Shown one piece after another: positions 14,087 to 26,100 of a stretch of 64,000 nucleotides of DNA. Each line of letters starts with the position of its first letter. Position 1 is the first letter of the stretch. Source of the DNA: Endomicrobiales bacterium (lineage in GTDB: Bacteria; Elusimicrobiota; Endomicrobiia; Endomicrobiales; JALOBY01); the NCBI GenBank assembly GCA_963796955.1, contig CAWCNJ010000006.1, positions 1 through 64,000 on the forward strand. The letters are read 5' to 3'. Both the position numbers and the translations under genes were made by a program. The notes beneath the pieces are model-generated. The model had not been told where the DNA came from. It did not search any database and was given only the letters and a program-made list of their open reading frames with translations.

Positions 14087-14141
14087 GATGTATCTGAAAT
14101 CTGAAATTTGGAATAGAAACTTCTACTAAGAGGAAAACAAC

Positions 14142-17100
14142 ATGTTCAATGACAACGGATTTATCAAGGCCATCGCGCGCCTGGTACTGGCCGCATTTTT
14201 GTATTCATTCGTTGTCTTTGAACCGCTCTACGGTGTAACCACCCTGGAGAAGTCCGCCGCGGCGGACAACACCGCCGCCGAGGCGTTGAACACCCAGCTG
14301 GGCACTATGGTCCTGTCGGCACGACAGGGAAGGATCAGTGATGGCTGTTACGTCAGTCACAAGTCTCGAGTTACGAGTCTCGAAAAGGGCAAAAACGGCA
14401 GCGGGTCGGCCTCGAGACTCGAGACTCCCAACTCGAGACTGGTTATATTTATTCAAGACCTTCACTGTAACCCCGAAGTTCAAAAGAACATCAGCGAAAT
14501 TCTGTCCTTCTTCGACACAAAATACGGCCTGAAAAAGATATTTCTGGAAGGCGCGCCGGCCGGCAAGGCGGACCTTTCGTTGTTTACCGGCATCACCGAC
14601 CCCGCGATAAAGGAAAAAACCCTGGAGTCGTTGCTCGGCGAAGGCCTGCTGAGCGGCGCGGTGTATTATGGCGCAAAAAACAATAAGGAAAATATTTTTG
14701 GTCTTGAGCAGTGGAACCTGTACAAAGAAAACGTCGCCCGCATGTCCGCTCTGTTGTCCAGCAAGTCCGGCTCGGACGGGTCCTGCGCTGAGCTTAACAA
14801 CCTGCTTGAGCAAACCATGGCCTTGCACGCTTCAAGCCGTTTAAAGGTTGAAAACTACAGAATTAAAGAAGCGGAAAAAAGCAAGGATAAATACAAGCAG
14901 TTCGCCGAAATAGCGCACCGGGCCGGTATATCGCTGGTGCAATACCCCAACCTGTGGCGGCAGACTGAAGCCGGCAAATTGAACGCGCAGATAAAATTTA
15001 AACGCCTCCCTAAAGACCTGCAGGCCTTTCTTAAAGATATTCAGGAAAAAACCCCCTACGGTGTGTATAAGACCATCGCGGCCAAGCTGGGTGACAACAA
15101 TCGCGACGGCGAATTTTATTTGAACCTGCAGGAAGTTGCGCAGGTGTACGCGCCGGAGTTGTTGATGAGCCACCGGAACGTGGGAAGTTTTCTGGAATAC
15201 GTGCGGCTCAATTATGCGGTAAACCCCATGTGCCTGGTGGAAGAAGAAGGTCAGTTCAAACAGGAAGTATTGAACAGCCGCGCAAGGACGCTGGTAGACA
15301 GCGAACTGGTATTCATGCAGGCCATGACGGATATGTTGAGCGGCTTCGTTGCCCTGGGTATGACGCCGCGGGATTTCGGTTACTTTAAAGAACATGCCGA
15401 ACAATATAAACTGGACCTGATGAAGTACTACGGTACCGAAAAGACTTCCGCCGTACTGAAGATCCTTGAGAACAAAGAGCTGTACTCGTATTACGACGTG
15501 AATTTACAGCGCAACCAAGTGTTCGCGAAAGAATTGTTGGGAACTCACTCCGGACTTCGGACTCCGGACTTCGGACTGTCGGTCGTCAACGAATACACCG
15601 AAGTCATAAAACACCTCGGCGAGTTCGCTGAAATAGATGCCGTCGTGACCGGCGGCTTCCATGTGGAAACAGCTAAGGCCCTTAAAGAACAAGGCGTTTC
15701 CTACCTGACCATTACCCCCAACGTAACCAGAAAAACCACCGGCGATCTGTATGAGCGCTTTATGACGGCACAGCTTAACCCCAAAGACTTTGGTATAAGC
15801 GCATTGGCCGGGCGATATACGGTTCCTGAATTTGTTGCCAAGATCGGCAAAGTGGCTGCGGATGCACAACTGCCGATCGAAGAGCTTGAGAAAGTTTTGC
15901 AAAATTCCGCAGGGTCTATAAAAGACGGCAAAGTAACCGCAACCCGCAACGGTGATTCCATTACCGTTACAATGCAGCGTGAAGACGAGAAAGAGAAAAG
16001 AAGCGTAACTTTTACCCGCAAGGCCGATGGCACCTACAAAGAAGACGCGGCTGAATGGAAGAAGGTTTCCGCATCGGCCGATCCCAACATCGCGTTGACC
16101 ACGCAATCCACGATCGAGTACGCAAAAACATTACCGTTCTTCGGATGGCTGCTCAATAGTAGTTTCACGCCGTTTTATGTGGCCGGCTTTATTCTCACCT
16201 CATGGCTTGTTGCCCCCTGGAAATCAGAAATAGATGATTTCCACGAAGCAATTTACGATGACTGGCTGGCGGTGAATATGATGGAAGACCATGCATGGCC
16301 CGTTCTTGGTCTCTTGCCGCGTGGAATAATCATTCCATTCGCGTACACGATAGCGTGGGTCCCGTTTGTTGGTAAATATATCACGGCAGCTATGCACATG
16401 GCTTACAACATAGCTGTCTCACCCATTAATATCATCACGGTTTCAGCGTATCGCATCTTCGCTAAAGACAAGCCCGTCGGCCACATCGCCCTGACCACCG
16501 ATAGTAATTTTGCTTATTCCCGTAGAGCAATACATCGGATCCAAACTCAGCAGGGTCTTCTTATATATGACGGTATCAATGCCACTGTGCAGTCACCAGA
16601 CAAATTAATTCAACATGTGACTCAAGTTGCGAAAAATGGTAATGCAATAACGGTACATACTCAGGTTTACAAACAACTAAGATCCGGGGACCAAACCGGT
16701 GGCTGGACATTCGGACCTACCTATACATTTGATGTAACAAATGGTCCTGCAACCGTGCCGAGTACCATACGGAAACAGAAGGTTGATCTGGCGTGGGGTG
16801 TTAAAGTTTCAAAACTTGGTACGGAAGGGCAATTGATGGCGATGTTGTTTGACAAGACGGCATACGGTACATGGAGTAATCCCGCTGATAGCCCTGAAAA
16901 GCAATTTAAAGATAAGTCCATTAAAGGCGCGCAATGGTGGAACGGACTCAAAAAAGCCGGGGTGGACGATGTGCTCTCTAAATGGAATGGTTTAACCCCG
17001 CAGGCGCGGCAGGTATGGATAGGTGTCTATGAAAAGGATATTCTGCACGGACTTAATTTTGAAAAGCTGCATGTCGGTGCGGATCCGAAGAGTGTCAAAG

Positions 17101-20100
17101 GAACAAAGCTGGCGGCGCTCATTGCCGGTGAAACATATTCTCGTCATTTCCCAACAGTGAATGTAATTGCCAATGTCGCAGAAGAAATTGCCGCAATGAT
17201 CAACGATACCGATGTAGAACGCAAGCTTACTGATGAAGATATTTTATTCGTAATAGTCGCGATGGCGAACGTGTTTGAGATGGGTTTTATCATCAATATG
17301 CGCGCAGCCGCCGAAGTCATGACCCATGCATTCATGAACCTGGTAAGCCCCGAAGACCAACACTCGACGGTTGGGAACACATCCGGCGAAACGCCCGACA
17401 CCCTGGCCACCGGTTCAAACCTTACAGATGTGCAGCCGTATGCCAAAGGGTTCAGCGACGCAGAGATCCAGCGGCTTAACGAACAGATCTACAATGATGT
17501 TAATCGCAACAACGTGCGTAACCAGGTGACACAAAGACCCGAGGGCGAAGTTGCGAACGAGCAGTTCTTCAGGAATAACCTTACACCCCTGATGCAAAAC
17601 CTTGTGGCACAGAAAGGGGATGCGATCAGAGCGGCATTGCTCAAATATATGCCGGAGTCGCCGGATCGGGAAAGACTTATTGTGCAGGTGTTGAATACGC
17701 TGCCGAAGCCCTCAACCTTTGCCTGGTTCAATGCGATCATCGAAGGCCCCGGCCGGTTCCTTATCGGGCTGAGGGCAGCCCCCGCCATAGACCTTGCCTG
17801 GTTCCTGTACGATCTGGACAGGGCTGATACCGATGGTATCAATAACCGCCTTGAGGCTTACCTGCTTCATAAAGTGATAGAGAGCGTGACCGATATTTCG
17901 CACAGCGATAATGTCGCGCTGGTCTCAGAAGTGATGGGCTGGCAAACCGATGACCGCGGCTTCGCCCCTCTGGGAAGCGCCATACACCAGTTTATAAACG
18001 AACGCGCAGCCACAGTGCTGGAAGATGAGCGTAGCGCCCTGCAGGCAGAGAAGCAGTCTGTTAAGGATGAGCGCAATGCGCAGGCGCTCACGCGCGCGAA
18101 ATTTGCCGGAAGAAAAACTTTTGACAAAATAGTGCGCTTTATTGATGTAACTCTTTTTGCGCTTTTAGGCTGGGCAGTTTTCGCCGGCCCGACCACCACA
18201 ACTACGCCCACAACTCCTGTGGTCCCTACCACCGCTCAAGTGTCAACGTTCATGCCGCAATCGGCTAACTCTAATTTGGCCGACCTGGTTTTATCAATGG
18301 ATTCCATTACTTCAGGCACGGCTAACCCTGGAATGGGCCGCAATAACTTTAATCTGAAAATGTTCTTCGGTGTCGGCAGACCGTCTAACAGTTCTATTTC
18401 CGGCATGAATGGCACATTGAAGGCTGTCGGCGCGCCTGACGGCTCAATGATACCGGTTAACGGCGAATTGGGGCTGAGCCTGGATATCGGTGTATTGGAC
18501 ATTGTAAAGTTGAATGCGACCCTGGGCAAAGGGCCCGGTGTGACCGTAGATCTTAATAACGGCGGCAGCCCTTCAATAGGTCTTCCCATTACCATAGTCG
18601 GCGGCGGGGCTTCTGTCACCGCTTTTGAGACAGAAAAATTCAGGGGCAGCTTTACCCTGAATATGGACATGGTCAGCGGTGAAGTGTTGAAGCTCCTGAC
18701 AAAAGACGGAACAGTCGCTACCAGCGTAAAGGGAACTAATCTTGGCGCGGGTATCATGGTCAGCGGTAATCCATCCGCTTTCACCGGTGTTAACCCTTAC
18801 GCGACCTTTAAAATAGCCAACGAGAGCGGAGAAGGAAAGACGGAATACACCAGCGCCGGTTTTATCACCGTGCCCACCACCGGTAAATTCTCAAAAACGG
18901 TCTGGCAGGTAGGCGTTGGGCTAGACGGTTCAGTGCTGCGGCTTGCCGCTGTTTACAGCACTGATGGCGCCGTTATGGTATTGGCCGGTTTGGGCGATGG
19001 TTATGCCTGGGGTGAAGGCAGGGCGATAGCGAAAGCCAAACGTATAGCTGAAAGAGCTGTTCAAGATGAAGCCGACAGAGTGGCCGAAGTCGCCCGTTTA
19101 GCGGAACAACAAGATCTCGCGAAACAATGGAAGGAACAAGAAGCAGAGAACCAAAAGAAAGCTGCTGAACAAACAGCTTGGCAAGCGGGGATAGAGGCCG
19201 CCCGCCAGGAAGCGGTACGACAAGAGCAGTTGCGCCAGCAGCGGGAGAACCAACAACCGCCCGCGCAACAGCCGCCTGCCCAACAATCCGAGCCTGCACC
19301 GTCTAATAATACGATCCCTGCGGCGCCTACGACCCCCGCTACCCCCGCGCCGGCTCCCCAAATTCCCGGAGCACCGGCCGGTCTGGTGCCGGGCCCTATC
19401 CCCGGCAGCTTTATTTTGCCGCGTACAGAATCCGAACGGGCATCCCTTGCGGCTGCTGCCGCGCCCAGCGAGGAAGCGACCACAGCCAGCGGACCCATTG
19501 AAGATACTATTCTGGAATTGCACAAGCTCCATCCCGAATGGGACTTTATGGATCCGGCTAAACGCTTGTGGCTTATTGCTGTTTATGAAAACGACGCGGT
19601 GCTTACCGACGGCTTTGCGCAGCGCCACAGCGGTTACGCCCGCAATGCCGCGACTATGGATAAGGGTATGCGCCTGCTGCGCGATGTAACCCAAAAAGCC
19701 GCAGCGATGAGCATGACCCCGGGCAACGTAGAAAGTCTGTCCGCCTTTATCGCCGCTGAGATCGCGAAGATGACTTCGTTGTCAGCGAAAGAGGTTAAGC
19801 GGCTGTCAAAAAATATCTCCAAGATGTTTTATATGCACCTTGAGATAGACGACCTCCCGGCGCTTTCACGGGCCGTCGCACATTATTTCTATCTGCTTAA
19901 CACCAAACGCGACGCCTGGTTGACACTGACCAAAGATCCCACAGCCTTGCGCAATATTGGCGAAGGGTCTAATGAATATTCAGAAGAGTCTGTCAGCGCT
20001 AGTCCGCTTCCTACCTGGGTGGGAACCTTGCCCAGGCTGGATACTATGAATGTGGAACCGGTAATGGATGAGCTTTCCGCCTGCTTTGCAGGCGATAAGG

Positions 20101-23100
20101 TAGTTCCGGAAAAAGCATTGCTCTTCCTGGACAAATATAACAAGGCTATCGCCGATCCCTCGCAACCCGTGAACCTGCAAACCGCGCCGGTAGAAGCCGT
20201 CTGGCCGGTGCTCAAGGCCATAGTGTTCCTGGACAAACCGCAGGCGCTGCAGCTGGTAGCGCTTATTCGGACCATGTCGGCAAAGGCGCAGCGCCAGCCA
20301 ACGTTGCTTGAGGATACGATTCGCCTGATGGAACACGATATCGCCAACGACTGGGCGGATATGAACGCCAGCCATCTGGACGGCCGCACCATTCTGTATA
20401 ACGCCGCCGAACTTTCATATCCTGTGGGCGGCCTGAGCGCCGTAGGATTGTACCATACCCTGGGTATAAAGATATTGTTAGCGAAAGCAAAAAAGGTGAA
20501 TGTGAACATTGTGGCGGCAGAACCATGGTACCAGATGCAGCGTATCGGCACCGAGCATTCCCCGCTTGATTACCAGGCGATGGGCGCTACCAGCATGGTC
20601 GCCATAGACGATGTATTTGAATTCGATATGCCGTACGAAAATAAGTACAAACAGCCGATAACGGTACATGTAAAGGTGTCCAAAGGCGTGGACAAAGACG
20701 GCAACGTCCGCTACCTTGTGCGCGACGTGAATCCGGACGGCTCTTCGTACTACACTAAATACGTCTATGACTACAATACGGAACACAACCCTGTTTCCGG
20801 CGAGGAATTTAACGGTTTCTGGTGCAAGGCTACGGCCATGATGTACTACGTGTTGGAAAAACAGCGCAAACAGGAACTGGGCGACAAGTGGAAACGCGCG
20901 ATCGTGTGGGCGCAAGACGGCCAGGTATCTCCCATGGTGGCGGTAATTGAAACAATGCAGGACGAAGCTGAATACTGGATCGAAAATGAATTCCGCGGTC
21001 TCGGCGGGCTTACCCCGGAAGATCTGCGCGGGCTTGCGCCCCTTACCGTTGATACCACCCACACCTATCCCAACCGCAACAACATTATTTATGCCGATAG
21101 TTCAAAAGCTGACGGTATAAACCGGGAGGCTTACAATTACGGCTTATGGGCGATCCGCGGGCTGCTGAAAGTGGGCGCTAAGTTCCTTGGTTTTTTCCTC
21201 AGAGAAAACGACAAGATGTTCGATTCTACCAGCGGAGGAGCACGTCCTGCGAACCTGATGACCTATGTGAGCGATAAACACCGTAAGGATTTTGTCCGTA
21301 AGGGTATAGACCCTACCATGCGCAACAATTCCAAGGCCATTACCAACGGCGGCAATAAGGGCATGTGGCGTTTTACGCAGATAATGCGCAAACTGTTCGG
21401 CGACAATGCGGATCTTGACCGCCCGACCCCCGACATGATCAGACAGTCCAAGGTTGAGGCGTGCAGGGAATTGAACGATATGCATATTAAGACCTCCCTG
21501 TGGGAGCCGTCTATTTATCAGATAATGCAGGCGATACCGAATGAATTGAAGCAGAACGGTTATGCCAAGGATAATATTGAGGTGTGTAATAAACTGCGCG
21601 ATATTCTGCAACCTGTCATGCTCCATTATACGCCTTCAGCAGAGCAGATAAGCTCCATATTCGGCATGACCTCATTCAGCAACCCGGCGGAAGTGCGCGT
21701 TGCGATTGAAAAACTGTTCATTGAGCAGCAGTTTGCTGTTGTGGTCGCAGATCCCGACCGCCTGAATTCAGGCTGCGCCCGCCGACTGGTACCGGAAAAA
21801 GCAGGGTTGCAATCGGAAAATGCCGCCGAGGTTATCCGCTGGCGCCTTGCCCACGGCGAAGATGTGTTCCCCTTTCTGAAAGTGCAGGCAGACGATGATC
21901 GCAGTGTGATGATGGCCTATGGGTTCAGTAAGATAACTGAGCAGAATAAATACGATATACCACGCTGGAAGGTGAATATACCCGGCGACTCGCGGCTGCG
22001 CAACATCACCCCGTTGCGTACCCTTGAGCGGGAGGTCCTTGAAGAAAACGCGGAATCTATCAGAACCACTGGAAAGCCAAAGTATACAGGCCGTCTCTGT
22101 GTTGTTCTCGGCTTCAACGGAAAAGAGAAGAATGCACGCTTTGCCGCTTCCAATGTCGGAGAAAAGTTCTCATATGATGAAACAGGAGCGGCCGAGGAAT
22201 CCGAAGAGTCAGACGGCGACAACGCCGCCCTGAAAACCGGCACTTTCGAAGGTGTTATCATGTTCTGCGCCTTGCTGATAAAGAAGGTCGGCAAGCTGTT
22301 CGTCGGGCGTGGTAATGCCATAGCCCCCGAACGCGACGATCCCGAGAGCGCCAGGAAAGTGCATGAGCAGTTCATAGAATTATGGAACGCAGATCCCCGG
22401 CATGAGCAATTCTATAGTTTCAGCGCAAATTCGGTGCGCCTGGCGCGCATACAGGACTATCTGCTTACCAGCGCCGCATATATCCGCACTTTCGACGAAC
22501 TGGCTGCCCAGGATGACATGAATATAGAGAAAGATGCCGCGCTTGTCGCGGCTCTCGGACGCGCTGCCGCCAATGCCGCTTGGGGGGATATCGGCATATT
22601 CGATCAGTTATTGAAGAACGGCCGCAACAATGTAGGCCCCTACACCTTCCGTAAGGGAGGCGGCGTTTGGAAGGCCGGTGAAGCCGGTATAGAAGGATTT
22701 AAGGAACGGAAACTTGAAGTTGAGAACGCAGAGGGTGTGGATGCGCTCAATATTCAATTGGGATACAACGACGGAGATCAGTCATTCTCCCGCAGCCATT
22801 ATGCCGATTATTTTAAGACCCTGTTCGGCGGCATAAAAGATGGCGATACAGATGTAAGCCAGATCATAGAGCAGTGGTTTGACGATCTTGCGCGCTCTCC
22901 CGGTTCTGTATATCAGAAGAACAAACGGTTTAACGCGTTAGTTGGTTCGTTAACAAAAACCTTGCGCGCCGCGCGTGACAAGGCGCGGGCGGATGAAGAA
23001 GCCCGGGCGCAGCAGATCGCGGCTATTAAAGCTTACGCCGAATTGCATGGTTCCATGGTGATCACGGTTGACGGCACCTCTGGGGCGGGTAAAGGCACGG

Positions 23101-26100
23101 CTGCGCAATTGCTGGCCGATAAGCTTGGGTTTATACATCTTGATGCCGGCGCGATCTACCGGATGTTCACGGTGCTTGCAATGCAGGAAAAGATTCCTTT
23201 TAATGACGGCGCGCGCATAGTGGACGAACTTAAGAAGGCCTCGTTTGACGTGATCAGGGCTCCGGATGGAACGGTGGGTATTCGTCTTAACGGACGGGAT
23301 ATATCGTCGGAATTAAGAACACCGCAGGTCGGCTCGAACGTTGCTGCCGTCGCGAAGAACAGGGTCGTCAGCGAGTATGTGTTTGAATTCATGAGAATTT
23401 TGGCTAAGGGTAAGAATATCGTCGCGGACGGGCGCAATATGGGCACGGACACCTTCCCCGCGGCGCCCAAAAGCGATCTGCAGAACCGGCCGGTTAAATT
23501 CTATGTGGATGCTCCCGTCGATGTGCGCGCGCAGCGCAGACACGATGAATTTGTGCGCGCCAACAAACCAAGCAGGCTGGAAGATGTGAAAAACGATATC
23601 GCGGCGCGCGATCAGGCCGACATGTCCAGGGATTTCGCACCGCTGCGCAAAGCTTCCGACGCTCATACGATCGACTCTTCAAATCTCTCACCTGAACAGG
23701 TCGTTTCGCAAATGCTTGAGGTTGCCGCTTCGAAGATCGCCGCAGTGTTCGAAGTTTCGGCGCCGTTCGCTGCGCTCTATCACACGGCATTGTCGCTGAA
23801 GCCAGCGACCATCGTCGCGAAGGCTGTGCGCGAGATCCTCACACAAGAAAGATGGGTAGCTAACCTGCCGCAGATCGCCGATAAGGGTATTGTGCTGCTT
23901 GCTACCACGCCGGAACAATTGAAAATATCGCTGGAGCAGGCGGGCTATTATGCCAACCTCGGCGTGCCCGTAACGCTGATGTCCACCATCGATGCGGGCT
24001 TTGGCGAGACGGAAAAACCCTTGCTGGTAGACGGTAAAGTGACGGTTGGCGGTGACGCGGCTTTGAAAGGTATTACCCTGGAACCTGTGCTTGGTCACAA
24101 CAATGGCAGCAGGCAGTTTACGGTTATCAAGGTCAGCCTTGCTTCAGGCTACGACGCAACCGGCGTTACCGGCGAAAGCCTGGTGGTTGCCGCCTCCAAT
24201 GCCCTGGCCCGTGAAGTAGGCGAAGGCGGTATTTTGCAGGGGCCTCTGGGCGGCGTGAAAATCTGCGCGACCATGATCAACGGCTCGCCTGAATTCGCCG
24301 GTCTAAAAGCAGCGCTCGCCGCGGCCAAAGGCAGTGCGCGGGACGGCCGGGTCGTTGCGGAATGGGAAACAGGCAAAACCGCTCAACAGACGCTTGAAAA
24401 CATACAAGCCAAATATTCCGCTGAAAACAACGCCATGCAGGATAAATTCGTGGAAGATATGCGCGAAGCGAAAGAACCGATGGTCGCGCTTGCCTCGGGG
24501 CGTTTCGATACCGTCAGCGGCCCGCTGGAAGGCACCTATCCCGATGAGATCGAGTTGGCGAAGCCCGTTCGCGGCATCGTCAGCACGCTCTTCTTCGGTG
24601 CGCGCCGCCCGGACAGCGTAGATCCTCTTGACCTGGACCCGGCCGCCGCGGACCTTGGCCGCTTTATTGACGGTCTCTACAATAACGGTGTGCTGGGAAA
24701 AGACGATCATGCCGCCCTTACGAACAGGCTGTTGCCGATACGGCGCAACGGCCAGACCGATACACTGACCATGGCAATGCTTACCCGGATCCGCACAACA
24801 AAGACCGATGTCGCGACAACCCTTGGTGAGATATTACGCAAGAACGGTTATACCGCCGACAAGCTGGATATTACCGACGGGAAGTCTTTGATCAGATCTA
24901 TCAGCCTGTTGGGTATGCAGCGCTCGGCAGCCGCAATGCAGCAGCCGGGCATAGGTATTACCCGCGGCTGGGACATAGGCGTGGTAACAAAAAATGACGC
25001 CGATAAAATAATGCAGGCGCTTGAATGGTCCCAGGCTGTCCGGTTCAACACGGAAGCCCTGAGCACCGCTGATGCCGAGTACCTCTTCAAGCAGATAAAA
25101 GAGAAGAGAACCCTGGCTATCAGAGCAGGCAACAAAGCGCTGAAAGACGCCAAGCTGGTAACCGTAACCGCACCCGCCAATGTACGGGTCGCGACGGAAT
25201 GTTTGATACACTCGCAGCTGAAGGCGGACGGCGCTCTTACGGCTGATCAGGAAGCGGCTGTTAAAGATTACAACGCGGCTGTTGTCGTAGAAACCCAGGA
25301 TCAGGCGAAGCTCGCCCTGAGCGCGAAGGTGTCGGAGATCGTCGCCTCCTTCAACGGCTACAGCGACGACGGCGTAAAGCTGATAGACGCGGCTACCGCC
25401 GGCAACTGGGCTAACATAAAAGACATACTCGGCCTTTTCTCGAAGGGCGGCGCTTTCCAGAGGAACGCGATCATGACGCCTGAAGGCCGTTTCTACGCCG
25501 GAGCCCGTGCCAGCGATGAACTGGCGAAGCCGCTGCTTACGGACAAGACGGCCGCCGATATCGTACTTGAGGCGAACCGTGAGGGTGTCTCGAAACTTGC
25601 GGAAAGTGTGGCGGCCCTTGAGGCGGCTCTCTCCGGCGCCAATAAAACGCCCGGCGATATTACCGCCGCGATGGAAACTATCGAGCAATTGTTGACAGGA
25701 AAGATCGCGATAACCGGCGACGCCCATGCAAAGACCGCGCTGCGGGGACTGCTGACTTCTGTGCGCACCATCCGCGACGACGGCTCTGAAACGCGCCTGC
25801 AAGGGTACCGGGCTTACGGGATGTTGTCCGCGTTTATCGGCAATGCGTTACTGATAAACCTTACTGAGGGAGAAGTGGACTATAACGATATCGCCAATCA
25901 CGTGCCGCTGCGCAACCTTCTGGCACAGGCGTACATGCAGGGTGTCTCAGTTAAGCAAATGCGCGAGAGCCTGAAAAATGGCGTAGAGACGACCGGCGAC
26001 GGCAAAGGGTTACGTTCGCTGCTTACCGGCGAAAAGTCCGTAGAGTTCGTGTCATACGAAATAGAGACCCACTTTCAGCGCCCCGTCATAGTGACCGGCG

